NCBI GenBank assembly: GCA_046726275.1 | Contig: JBKPAF010000011.1 | Location: 613 to 64,612, forward strand | DNA: 64,000 nucleotides | Origin: Actinomycetota bacterium | Lineage (GTDB): Bacteria; Actinomycetota; UBA4738 | Direction of reading: 5' to 3' | Notes under the pieces: generated by a model | The model's database searches: none | What the model saw: only the letters and a program-made list of their open reading frames with translations | What the model was told of the DNA's origin: nothing | Shown here: in pieces, positions 1 through 9,065 of the stretch | How positions within the stretch are numbered: the first letter of the stretch is position 1 | Layout of the letters: every line of letters begins with the position of its first letter | Made by a program: the position numbers and the translations under genes

Positions 1-136
1 GCGGGCCATATGGAAAGCGGGCGTGGTCGCCGAAGTAGATCACCGGTTCGAGCGGGAGCTCGTCCATGATCACCCGGACGACGGTCAGCCCGCCCGTGCC
101 CGAGTCGAACACCCCGATGGGTCTTCCGTCGCTCAC
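1..136 (-). CDS. murI: Glutamate racemase, 5' part (runs off window)
   Basis: Manual translation from GTG at 136: [45 protein letters not shown] (FDSGxGG and YFGD..RxPYG motifs); follows cysM as in other actinobacteria. Not in ORF track. Confidence 0.93.
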   Translation of the reverse strand, partial: MSDGRPIGVFDSGTGGLTVVRVIMDELPLEPVIYFGDHARFPYGP

Positions 137-146
137 GAAGGGACGC

Positions 147-1079
147 TCACCACCACAGGGTCTCCTCGACCTCCTTCTCGGCCACGGCAAGGTCAGACGT
201 CCAGGCCTGCGTCGAGAGGTACTTCCATCCTCCGTCCGCCAGGAGGCACACCACATCGCCGCGGTCGAGCTCGGCGCCGATCCGTCTGGCCACGTGGAGG
301 ACGGCGCCCGAGGAGATCCCCGCGAAGATCCCTTCCTGTTTCGTGAGCTCGCGGGTGGCCCGAAGCGCGTCGGATGAGGAAACGAGGAACTTGCGATCCA
401 GGACCGATTCGTCCAGCACGGGAGGGATGAACCCTTCGTCCAGGGAGCGCAGGCCGTACACGAGCTCTCCCAGCTCGGGCTCGGCGGCGATCACCTTCAC
501 CTCGGGGTTGTGTTCCTTGAGGCGCCGGCCCACACCGGTCAGCGTACCTCCGGTCCCGAGCCCGGCGACGAAGTGGGTGACGCTGGGCAGGTCCCTGACG
601 ATCTCGGCCCCCGTGCCCTCGTAGTGCGCCAGAGGATTGGCCGGATTTCCGTACTGGAAGGGCATGTAGTACTTGTCGTCGCGCGTCATCGCCCGGGCGA
701 CCTCGATGGCACCGTTGGTCCCTTTCTCGGCGGGCGTGAACACGACCTCGGCCCCGTAGAGCTCCAGGAGCCGGACACGCTCCTCGCTGGCGTTCTCGGG
801 GATGACCGCGGTCAGCCGGTATCCCTTCCGCGCGGCCACCATCGCCAGCGAGATGCCCGTATTCCCCGACGTGGGCTCGAGGATCACCGATCCCGGGTTG
901 AGCTTCCCCTCGGCCTCGGCGGCTTCCACCATGGCCAGGGCGATCCGATCCTTCAGCGATCCCGTGGGGTTCTGCCCTTCGAGCTTGGCCCACAGGCGCA
1001 CACCGGGCTTCGGCGACAGCCTCTCGATACCGACCAGAGGGGTGTCGCCGATGGCTTCGAGGATGTCCTTCGTCCGCAT
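147..1079 (-). CDS. cysM: PLP-dependent cysteine synthase, CysO-dependent CysM type
   Basis: [17 protein letters not shown] lysine, [24 protein letters not shown]; C-terminal W as in mycobacterial CysM; SD GAGGAGGAG. Confidence 0.9.
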   Translation of the reverse strand: MRTKDILEAIGDTPLVGIERLSPKPGVRLWAKLEGQNPTGSLKDRIALAMVEAAEAEGKLNPGSVILEPTSGNTGISLAMVAARKGYRLTAVIPENASEERVRLLELYGAEVVFTPAEKGTNGAIEVARAMTRDDKYYMPFQYGNPANPLAHYEGTGAEIVRDLPSVTHFVAGLGTGGTLTGVGRRLKEHNPEVKVIAAEPELGELVYGLRSLDEGFIPPVLDESVLDRKFLVSSSDALRATRELTKQEGIFAGISSGAVLHVARRIGAELDRGDVVCLLADGGWKYLSTQAWTSDLAVAEKEVEETLWW

Positions 1080-1285
1080 TCATCTCCTCCTCGAGAGCCG
1101 ATTATCGCAGCGCCGGACGACATGACCCGTGAGTTTCCGGGTACAGCCCTTAGTGCGTCCCCTTCTTCGACCGAAGGTATGTAGGAGAGGTCGCGATGCG
1201 TGCTCGAGTTCGGTCCGCCCCCCGCTCCGGCGCTCCGCCAACGGCGAAGCGTTCCTTTTTTCCGCTTCCGTTGTACCCTTCCCGG

Positions 1286-1888
1286 ATGAGCAGGAAGGCC
1301 AGCCTGGTCCTCGTGGCCTGCACCCTCGTCCTGCTCATGGCCGCGTGTACCCGGGTTCGAGAGATCCCGCTGAGCACGCTCTCCACCCCCAGCCCCACCG
1401 CCCAGGCGACCGGGGGACAGGCCTTCGTGGCGATCCCGTTTCCAATGACCTTGTTCGGCCCTCCGCTGAAGACCGCCACCGTGCAGCCCGGGACCACCAA
1501 GCTCAAGCAGCTCATCCTCGCCCACCCGAGGCTCAAGGTGACCGCGCTCGCGTCGAGCCAGCGCACGGTGGCGCTCGGCTTCCAGGAGAAAGCGAGCGGC
1601 AAGCAGCGCTGGGGGGAGATCATGATCCCCGAGGAGCGAAAGCTGTTCCAGCGGTTCGCTCAAGACCAGTCGACGGGCCAGTGGCTGATCGTGATCACCG
1701 ACGTGGAGGTCCTCGATGGGCCCGATCCGGTTCCGCTCGTCGCCTATCGTTGGGACCGTGAGGCCCTCGAGTCTTACGCGAAGTGCGGCATCCCGCAGTC
1801 CATGACCATCGACGACTGCACCGACAAGTTCTATCAGGCAGCCGAAGTCGTGTTCCTGCACCACCGGACGGTCGGGCAGGGGCAGTAG
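1286..1888 (+). CDS. Hypothetical lipoprotein
   Basis: MSRK + hydrophobic stretch + LMAAC lipobox, then T/P-rich linker; TACCCT 6 nt before ATG 1286. An alternative start at 1196 has an SD. Confidence 0.65.
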   Translation: MSRKASLVLVACTLVLLMAACTRVREIPLSTLSTPSPTAQATGGQAFVAIPFPMTLFGPPLKTATVQPGTTKLKQLILAHPRLKVTALASSQRTVALGFQEKASGKQRWGEIMIPEERKLFQRFAQDQSTGQWLIVITDVEVLDGPDPVPLVAYRWDREALESYAKCGIPQSMTIDDCTDKFYQAAEVVFLHHRTVGQGQ

Positions 1889-1891
1889 CCT

Positions 1892-3487
1892 CTAGCGGCG
1901 CTTCCTGTCCGCCAGGATCTCCCGCGCGGCATTCGCTCCCGGCGCTCCCGTGACCCCCCCACCCGGATGGGCTCCGGCACCGCACAGATAGAGCCCCCGC
2001 AGAGCCAGCCGATATCGAGCATGCCCGAGCAGCGGACGCCACGCGAACAGCTGGTCCAGGCCCGGCTCGCCGTGAAGGGGGTGGCCCTCGGTGAGGCCGT
2101 AGTCGCCTTCCAGGTCCACGGGAGTGATGACCTGGCGAGCCACCACGAGATCCGATAGACGCGGAGCAAGGGCCTCCAGGGTCTTCAGGACCAGGTCGCC
2201 CAGGCCATCTCGCTCCGCCTCCCAGGTACCCTCGCGCCGGTGGTAGGGCGCCCACTGGACCAGGACGCTCATGACGTGGCCACCGGGGGGCACCAGCGTG
2301 GGGTCGGCGATGCTCGGGATAGTGGCTTCCAGATACGGTTCGTCGGAAACGCGCCCGTACTTGGAAGCGTCGAAGGCCCGCTCCAGATAGTCGATCCCCG
2401 GAGCGACCAGGATTCGCCCCTTCAGGCGCTCGGCATCCGAGCCACCCTCGGCCGCGAACGCGGGCATCCTCGACAGCGCCAGGTTCACCTTCGCCACGAC
2501 GCCCGGCAGTCGGAGGTTGCCCGCTCGCCAGGTGAGGTTCGGCCCGAGGGCAACGGGATCGACCAGCCGCAGCAGCGTTCGCTTGGGATCCACCGCGGAC
2601 ACCACGATCGGCGACGAGATCTCCTCGCCCGACGCGAGGGCTACCCCGGTCACCCGGTCTCCCGACGACGTCACCCCGATCACATCCACGCCGGTACGGA
2701 TCACGGCGCCGAAGGAGCGGGCCGCGGAGGCCAGCGCTTGCGCCAACACTTCGGGACCTCCTCGCGCGAACGCGCTCTGTCCCGGAGCTCCGCCGTCGTT
2801 CCCGGCCGAATCGGCGAGGAGGACTGCCGTCGTCCCAGCCGACCACGGACCCATGGCCGCGTACTGCACGCCGCGAGCAGCCAGGGCCCCCCGCAGCTCG
2901 TCGGTATCGAAGGCCTCGCCGACGAAGTCCGCGACTGCCATCGGTAGGACCCTCAGGAGCTCCCTCGTCCCTCTCTTGCCCAGTCCGCGGAAGGCGCGGG
3001 CCAGCTTGAGTCCCGTCAGGGCGTCGGCCGCCGACGGCTTCTTGAGATCGGGCGGAGTGCTCGCGTGGACGTGCGCCAGGAAGCTCGAGAGCGCGCGAAC
3101 TTTCTGGTCGAACGTGGGGTAGGCCTCGGCGTCGTGGACCGACCAACCCCGCAGCTCGCGGGCGGTCCTCGTTCGATCGGCCCACAGGGTCAGCGAGCGA
3201 CCGTCGGATTGTGGAGAAAACACGCGCACCTCGGGGACGATGAGGTCGAGGCCGTGCTCCCTGAGGCGGAGGTGATCGATCACGGCGGGCCGGAGCCTCC
3301 CCACGGTATGGGCCACCGCCGGAACCCGATAGCCGGGGGCGATCTCGACCGTCGCCAGCGCACCCCCCGGGACCTCGCGTCGTTCGAGCACGGCGATACG
3401 GATCCCGGCCTTCGCGAGATACGCGGCCGCCACCAGACCGTTGTGGCCGGCCCCGATGACGACGGCGTCGAAACGGGCTTCCGTCAT
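1892..3487 (-). CDS. FAD-dependent oxidoreductase, phytoene dehydrogenase/PYROXD2-like (copy B)
   Basis: GAGHNGLVAAAYLA Rossmann motif; C-terminal LYLCGAGAHPGGGVTGAPG. Confidence 0.88.
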   Translation of the reverse strand: MTEARFDAVVIGAGHNGLVAAAYLAKAGIRIAVLERREVPGGALATVEIAPGYRVPAVAHTVGRLRPAVIDHLRLREHGLDLIVPEVRVFSPQSDGRSLTLWADRTRTARELRGWSVHDAEAYPTFDQKVRALSSFLAHVHASTPPDLKKPSAADALTGLKLARAFRGLGKRGTRELLRVLPMAVADFVGEAFDTDELRGALAARGVQYAAMGPWSAGTTAVLLADSAGNDGGAPGQSAFARGGPEVLAQALASAARSFGAVIRTGVDVIGVTSSGDRVTGVALASGEEISSPIVVSAVDPKRTLLRLVDPVALGPNLTWRAGNLRLPGVVAKVNLALSRMPAFAAEGGSDAERLKGRILVAPGIDYLERAFDASKYGRVSDEPYLEATIPSIADPTLVPPGGHVMSVLVQWAPYHRREGTWEAERDGLGDLVLKTLEALAPRLSDLVVARQVITPVDLEGDYGLTEGHPLHGEPGLDQLFAWRPLLGHARYRLALRGLYLCGAGAHPGGGVTGAPGANAAREILADRKRR

Positions 3488-3518
3488 CGTTCCCTCGACA
3501 GCGGATCGGCGTTCCGGA

Positions 3519-5114
3519 TCACGCCGCCCTCATGGTCCTGATCGCCTGGAGGGCCGCGATCCTCCCCGGTGCTCCCATGAGGCCGCCGCCGGGATGGGTA
3601 GCCGAGCCGCACAGCCACAGGCCTTTGACCGGCGTCCGGTATTGAGCCCACCCGGGAACCGGGCGGCTGAAGAAGAGCTGCTCCAGGCTGAGCTCACCCT
3701 GGAAGATGTTGCCTTCGGTCAGGCCGAAGGTCTCCTCCAGGTCGAGCGGAGTCAGCACCTGGCGGTGAAGGATGAGCTTCTTCAGGTTCGGCGCTCGCTC
3801 GCTGATCGTCTCGATGACCGAGTCGCCGAAGGCGTCCCGAGTAGCGCCGTCCCAGGTCCGGCCGTTCGACAGGTGATACGGCGCGTACTGAACGAAGCAG
3901 CTCATCACGTGCTTGCCTGGTGGCGCCATCGACGGATCCACCAGGGTGGGGATGACGATGTCGATATAGGGACGCGCGCTGAACGACCCATACTTGGCGT
4001 CGTCGTAGGCCCGCTCCATGTAGTCCACACTCGGTGAGAAGCTGATCGCCCCGCGCAGGTGCTCCACGTCCTCGCTATTCGGCAGACACGGGAAGTCGGG
4101 CAGTTCATCCAGGGCCAGGTTCACCTTCCCGGAGGAGCCGCGGAACTTGTACCGACGGACCTCCTGCTCGAATTCGGGGTCGAGGGAGCCCGGTTCGAGG
4201 AGGTCGAGCATCGTCCGGCGAACGTCTGCGCTCGACAGGATCGTCCGCGCGCCGATCTCTTCGCCGGACTCGAGCACCACACCGTGCGCGCGCTGGCCCT
4301 TGGTGAGGATCCGGGCCACCGGCGACTCGGTGCGGATCTCGGCGCCTTGCACCCTTGCGGCCGACGCGATGGCGTTGCTGATTCCTCCCGTTCCGCCCTT
4401 CGGAATCCCCCATGCCCGGAAGGCTCCGTCGATCTCACCCATGTAGTGATGGAGAAGGACGTAGGCAGTGCCGGGAGACCGGACCCCTTGAAACGTTCCG
4501 ATGATGCCCGAGGCCGCCATCGTCGCCTTCAGCGGATCGGTCTCGAACCACTGGTCGAGGAACTCGGCCGCGCTCATCGTCATGAGCTGAATGAACGTTG
4601 CCTGGTGACGAGGAGGCAGCTTCTGGAACCGCCTGCCGAGGCGGGCCAGCGGGAACCATGGTCGGGGATCGATCCTCGCCGGGTCGGGCGGGACGATGGA
4701 CAGGATCGGTTTGATGAACCGGGCCATGTCGAACATGAGCTGTCCGTACTCGTCGTAGGCCTCGGCGTCCATCCGCGACCATCGGCGGAGCTCCCGAACC
4801 GTCCGCCAGTGGTCGTTGACCCGCCACAGGTAATCGCCGTCGAGCGGTGTGAACGTTCCGTCCAGAGGGAGGATCTCCAGGCCGTGGCGGGGTAGCTCGA
4901 GGTCGCGGATGATCTCGGGCCGCAGGAGGCTCACCACGTAGGAGGCCACGCTGAACCTGAAACCTGGGAAGACCTCCTCGGTGACCGCGGCTCCGCCCAG
5001 GACGTGCCGACGCTCCAGCACGATCGTCTTCAGGCCGGCCCTGGCGAGGTACGCCGAAGCGACCAGTCCGTTGTGCCCGCCGCCGATCACGATCGCGTCG
5101 TAGGCTTCCGCCAC
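3519..5114 (-). CDS. FAD-dependent oxidoreductase, phytoene dehydrogenase/PYROXD2-like (copy A)
   Basis: GGGHNGL, SYVVSLLRPEI, PGTAYVLLHHYMG, GNIFQGEL, CGSATHPGGG; start moved to GTG 5114 (TACAGT 8 nt upstream). Confidence 0.9.
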   Translation of the reverse strand: MAEAYDAIVIGGGHNGLVASAYLARAGLKTIVLERRHVLGGAAVTEEVFPGFRFSVASYVVSLLRPEIIRDLELPRHGLEILPLDGTFTPLDGDYLWRVNDHWRTVRELRRWSRMDAEAYDEYGQLMFDMARFIKPILSIVPPDPARIDPRPWFPLARLGRRFQKLPPRHQATFIQLMTMSAAEFLDQWFETDPLKATMAASGIIGTFQGVRSPGTAYVLLHHYMGEIDGAFRAWGIPKGGTGGISNAIASAARVQGAEIRTESPVARILTKGQRAHGVVLESGEEIGARTILSSADVRRTMLDLLEPGSLDPEFEQEVRRYKFRGSSGKVNLALDELPDFPCLPNSEDVEHLRGAISFSPSVDYMERAYDDAKYGSFSARPYIDIVIPTLVDPSMAPPGKHVMSCFVQYAPYHLSNGRTWDGATRDAFGDSVIETISERAPNLKKLILHRQVLTPLDLEETFGLTEGNIFQGELSLEQLFFSRPVPGWAQYRTPVKGLWLCGSATHPGGGLMGAPGRIAALQAIRTMRAA

Positions 5115-5182
5115 GGCCCGTAACTGTACGCGACGGGCGACGCTCTCCCCTCTATGCTTGCGGGCCGACGAGGAGGATCCTA

Positions 5183-6376
5183 CTGAGCACCGGCACCGCG
5201 TTTCATCCGCGAACGGCATCGCTGAATCGAAAGATGCAATGGCGCGAGTGGTCGGGGTACTTCGCCGCGAGCCAGTACGCGGACGCTATCGACATCGAGT
5301 ACAACGCGATCCGCGACGCGGCCGCCCTCATCGACGTCACCCCCCTGTTCAAGTATCACGTCAGTGGGCCGGACTCGATGCGGTTGATCGACCGGATCAT
5401 CACCCGCGACGCCACGAAGCTGCAGGTCGACCAAGTCTTCTACACGTGCTGGTGTGATGAGGACGGGAAGGTCGTGGACGACGGCACCATCACCCGGCTG
5501 GACGAGACCACCTATCGATGGACGGCCGCCGATCCCTCCTTGCGATGGTTCCGGCTGAACGCCTCCGGCCTGGACGTGACGATCGAGGAGATCAGCGAGC
5601 GGCTGGCTGCCCTCGCGCTGCAGGGGCCCTTCGCCCGGGAAGTGCTGGAGCGGCTGACCGACGAGTCCTTCGCGGAGCTCAAGTACTTCCGCCGGCGCGC
5701 TTCTCGCGTCAAGGACATGGCGGTCGACGTGACCCGGACGGGATACACCGGCGACCTCGGGTACGAACTGTGGGTCGACGCGGACCGGGCCGTCGACCTC
5801 TGGGACCTCGTCATGGAATGCGGGAGGCCTTTCGAGGTGCGCCCGGCGGGGATGCTGGCTCTCGACGTGGCCCGGGTCGAAGCGGGACTGATCCTCCTCG
5901 AGGTCGATTACACGAGCTCGCGGCACGCCATGATCCCCGAGCAGTCCTACTCACCCTTCGAGCTGGGGATCCTCGGGCACTTCACCCGGTTCGACAAAGG
6001 CGAATACGTGGGCAAGCGTGCCCTGGAAGCCGAGCAGGCGGCCGGCGGCCCCCTTCGCCGGCTGGTCGGCCTGGACGTCGGGTGGGCGGGGATCGAGGAC
6101 CTGTACGCCGCGCAGGACCTCCCGCCCGTGCTGTCGCCCCACACCTCGCGAGACCCAGTGCCCGTCTACTCGGGGCGGAGACAGGTCGGGAGGGCCACGA
6201 GCACCACGTGGAGCCCGATCCTCAAGAAGGCCATCGCCCTGGCATCCGTGAACAAGGAGGTCGCCGAGGATGGGACCGACCTGCTGGTGGAATGGACGGT
6301 GGAAGCCCGCCGAGGCCGGGTTCCCGCAAAAGTCGTTCCCCTCCCGTTCTTCGACCCCCCTCGCAAGCGCGCCTGA
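5183..6376 (+). CDS. Aminomethyltransferase (GcvT-like, folate-binding) family protein
   Basis: EYNAIRDAAALIDVT, DDG, TRTGYTGDLGYEL, RVEAG, PFFDP; family-typical N-terminus (GTAFHPRT) extends to CTG 5183 behind GAGGAGG. Confidence 0.88.
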   Translation: MSTGTAFHPRTASLNRKMQWREWSGYFAASQYADAIDIEYNAIRDAAALIDVTPLFKYHVSGPDSMRLIDRIITRDATKLQVDQVFYTCWCDEDGKVVDDGTITRLDETTYRWTAADPSLRWFRLNASGLDVTIEEISERLAALALQGPFAREVLERLTDESFAELKYFRRRASRVKDMAVDVTRTGYTGDLGYELWVDADRAVDLWDLVMECGRPFEVRPAGMLALDVARVEAGLILLEVDYTSSRHAMIPEQSYSPFELGILGHFTRFDKGEYVGKRALEAEQAAGGPLRRLVGLDVGWAGIEDLYAAQDLPPVLSPHTSRDPVPVYSGRRQVGRATSTTWSPILKKAIALASVNKEVAEDGTDLLVEWTVEARRGRVPAKVVPLPFFDPPRKRA

Positions 6377-6387
6377 CCGCGCGAGCC

Positions 6388-7560
6388 TCAGCGTTCGCGT
6401 ACGGTGATCTCGAAACCTCGCCGACGGAGCTCGTCCACCATGAGCATCGGATCGACGGCGAGCTCGACGGGGGTAGCCCCGGGAGGGATTCGGCCTGCGG
6501 CCATGAGATGGCACACGATCGCGGCGTGCCAGCCCGTCGCCCGCTCCATTGCCGTGAACCCGAGGGCCTCATCCGGATGGACCCGGAGATCGATCGACGC
6601 TTCGGCGTCCCGCCCGCCCTTCCTTCCCTTCGCGGTGACTCGAGCGACCACGACGTCGCGTGTTCCCAGGCTCGCGCGGATCTTCGGCTCGAGAAGGGCG
6701 TGGAACACCTCCCTCGGCATCACTCGGAGCCCACCGACGTCGACCGGCTCCTCCGAGAACAGCCCGAGGTCGCGGAACGCCCTGAACTGAGCAGCGTGAC
6801 CCGGGTACCGGAGAACCTTCGCCGTGAGCGTCTTCACCCGGTCGCGAAAGCTCCATGGCGTTGTCGAACCGGTGGCGGCGGCAAAGGCCTCCAGGACTCC
6901 GAGCGGCGGGCTAAAGTCGATCAGCTCATACGTTTCCGGATCGAAGCACTCGACCTCCACCAGCTCGCCGTCCACGAGCCAGGTGGTAGTTCCGTCGTAC
7001 TCGTTCGTCAGCCCGTCGACGTTGAACGTGAGGGCGTAGTGCCACGGCGGCACGGGCTCGGCTGGGAGCCCGCCGTCCAGGAGGAGCAGGTCATCGGTCT
7101 CGTCCATGAGCGTGAGCGCGTACGCGAGCAGATTGCTGGACAGGCCCGGAGCCTCTCCGCAGTCCGGGACGATGCAGACCCCGCGGTCCCGGGCTTCTCC
7201 GTCCAGATCGAGCTGCCGGCGGACAACGTTCGTGTTTCCGCCCAGGTCGCACACGTGCGTGCCTGCATCGATGGCCGCCTGAGTGACCCCGAGGTTCAGC
7301 CTCCACGACGCCGAGCTGACGACTGCATCGAGGGGTCGAAGAAAGGTCACAAGCGCGTCGGCGTCCGTGGCATCGACCTGGACACCCCCGGCCCGGTCCG
7401 ACCGGGCCAGCCGATTCACGCGATGAGCCACGTCGGCCGCGCTCTGCTCGAGGAGGTCGCCCAGGACAACCTCTTCGGCTTCACCGTTGACGAGGAGATC
7501 GTAGGCCGCAGCCGTTCCCTGCCGGCCCGCGCCCAGGATGCCGTACCGGAACCCTCCCGT
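6388..7560 (-). CDS. Saccharopine dehydrogenase / lysine 6-dehydrogenase family protein
   Basis: CDLGGN, PDCGEAPGLS, GGLPAEPVPPWHY, GLTNEY, LRYPGH, TAMERATG; Rossmann FRYGILGAGRQG lies in frame upstream of the track start; start inferred at ACG 7560. Confidence 0.85.
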   Translation of the reverse strand, partial: TGGFRYGILGAGRQGTAAAYDLLVNGEAEEVVLGDLLEQSAADVAHRVNRLARSDRAGGVQVDATDADALVTFLRPLDAVVSSASWRLNLGVTQAAIDAGTHVCDLGGNTNVVRRQLDLDGEARDRGVCIVPDCGEAPGLSSNLLAYALTLMDETDDLLLLDGGLPAEPVPPWHYALTFNVDGLTNEYDGTTTWLVDGELVEVECFDPETYELIDFSPPLGVLEAFAAATGSTTPWSFRDRVKTLTAKVLRYPGHAAQFRAFRDLGLFSEEPVDVGGLRVMPREVFHALLEPKIRASLGTRDVVVARVTAKGRKGGRDAEASIDLRVHPDEALGFTAMERATGWHAAIVCHLMAAGRIPPGATPVELAVDPMLMVDELRRRGFEITVRER

Positions 7561-7725
7561 GCCCGACCCTCCCGGTCCCCGTCCGGAGATCGATGACTTC
7601 CTCTCCGGACACGACGAGGGACCGGAAGGTGGCGACCAAGCGTCCCGATTGGGAGCCCTCTCAACGGAGGGCTTACGGTCTCCCGCGACCGACCGGGCGT
7701 GGGTACCGCCTTCCGATCCCTGCGA
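7558..7725 (-). promoter_or_regulatory. Highly structured 5' leader, candidate translational riboswitch
   Basis: TACGCT -10 at 7737-7732; helix 7709-7721/7617-7629; hairpins at 7676-7691, 7654-7673 and 7581-7610; alternative 13-bp pairing of 7617-7629 with the SD region 7568-7580. Confidence 0.6.
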
Positions 7726-7770
7726 GGGCTAAGCGTAGCTCAGGACAGCCCGGCGGGAAAATCGGGCAAC

Positions 7771-9006
7771 CTACCGATATCCGCGGGCATCCTCCGCCTC
7801 GGCCACCCGCTCCACTCCGATCAGATAGGCGGCGTCGCGAAGCGAGCCTCCCTCCGACTCGGCCCGGGCCAGCACCTGGCCGGTGGCCATCTCCATCAGG
7901 TCCTCCAAGCGCTTGTTGACGCGTTCCTCCGACCACGCTTCCCGCTGGAGGTCCTGCACCCATTCGAGGTAGGAGACCGCGACGCCGCCACCCGAAGCCA
8001 GGATGTCGGGGACCACCGTGACGCCCCGATCGACCAGGATCGGATCGGCTTCGATCGTGACGGGATAGTTCGCCTCCTCCAGGATGAGCTCGGCGCCGAT
8101 CCGATTCGCCCGGGCCTCGTCGATGCTCGCGTCGAGGGCCGCCGGTACGAACACTCGGCACGGCACGTCGAACAGCTCCTCGTTCGAGAGGGTGTCCGAA
8201 CGTTCGAACCCGACCACGCTCCCCGTCTCCTGCTTGTGCGCCAGGACCTTCTCGGGGTGCAGCCCTTTGGGGTCGTGGATCGCGCCCTTGCTGTCGGAAA
8301 CGGCCACGATCGGATATCCCTGTTCGGCGGCAAGGATGGCCAGCCACGACCCCGCGTTGCCGTACCCCTCGATGGCGATGGGGCTCTCTTCGCGCTTCCA
8401 GCCACGAGCCCTGGCGATGTGGTCCATGCAGATAAGTGCCCCCCGCCCGGTGGCCGCCTCGCGACCGAGCGATCCACCCAGGGCGATCGGCTTGCCCGTG
8501 ATCACGGCCGGGTTGGGCCCGTACCGGCGGGAGTATTCATCGGCCATCCACCCCATGATCTGCGGGTTGGTGTTCACGTCCGGAGCGGGCACGTCCACGT
8601 TGGGACCGATGGCGTCGGCGATGCCCCGGATGAAGGCACGGGAGAGCCGTTCCAGCTCGGCTTCCGACAGGAGCTTGGGTTCCACCTGCACCCCGCCCTT
8701 GCCGCCGCCGAAGGGGATGTTCATCAGGGCGGTCTTCCACGTCATCAGCATGGCGAAGCACCGCACCTCGTCCAGGGACACGGTCGGGTGGAATCGGAGA
8801 CCGCCCTTGAAGGGGCCGCGGGCGTTGTTGTGCTGGACCCTGTAGCCCTTGAAGACCTTGAACCCCCCGCCGTCCATGGGTACCCGCACCTGGACCGTGA
8901 CTTCACGGGTCGGCGTTGAGAGCGCCTCTCGCAGGGAGAGCTCGAGCACCAGCCGTTCCGCCGCCTGCTCGTAGAACGCCTGAACAGCCTCGAATGCTGA
9001 CCTCAC
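7771..9006 (-). CDS. gdhA: Glu/Leu/Phe/Val dehydrogenase, probably glutamate dehydrogenase
   Basis: YRVQHNNARGPFKGGLRFHP, MTWKTA, PFGGGKGG, DVPAPDVNT, GYGNAG; SD AAGGAGG before GTG 9006. Confidence 0.85.
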   Translation of the reverse strand: MRSAFEAVQAFYEQAAERLVLELSLREALSTPTREVTVQVRVPMDGGGFKVFKGYRVQHNNARGPFKGGLRFHPTVSLDEVRCFAMLMTWKTALMNIPFGGGKGGVQVEPKLLSEAELERLSRAFIRGIADAIGPNVDVPAPDVNTNPQIMGWMADEYSRRYGPNPAVITGKPIALGGSLGREAATGRGALICMDHIARARGWKREESPIAIEGYGNAGSWLAILAAEQGYPIVAVSDSKGAIHDPKGLHPEKVLAHKQETGSVVGFERSDTLSNEELFDVPCRVFVPAALDASIDEARANRIGAELILEEANYPVTIEADPILVDRGVTVVPDILASGGGVAVSYLEWVQDLQREAWSEERVNKRLEDLMEMATGQVLARAESEGGSLRDAAYLIGVERVAEAEDARGYR

Positions 9007-9065
9007 CAGGTCCTCCTTCGTCTCCTCGAAAAAGACGCTTCCTTCGGGCAAGCCGGAGAAGCGTA

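Noticed and set aside
1892-5114. Carotenoid biosynthesis (crtI)
   Set aside because: No phytoene synthase, GGPP synthase or cyclase nearby; context is amino-acid catabolism.
5518-7596. Long R/G/P-rich alternative-frame ORFs (also 12511-14265, 34884-36653, 52536-54368)
   Set aside because: High-GC shadow ORFs overlapping well-supported genes.
7558-7725. Lysine riboswitch, SRP RNA, 6C RNA or tRNA-Sec for the structured leader
   Set aside because: No five-way junction or AGAGG/loop-E motifs, no GNRA-AGCAG SRP motif, no C-rich loops and no T-loop visible.
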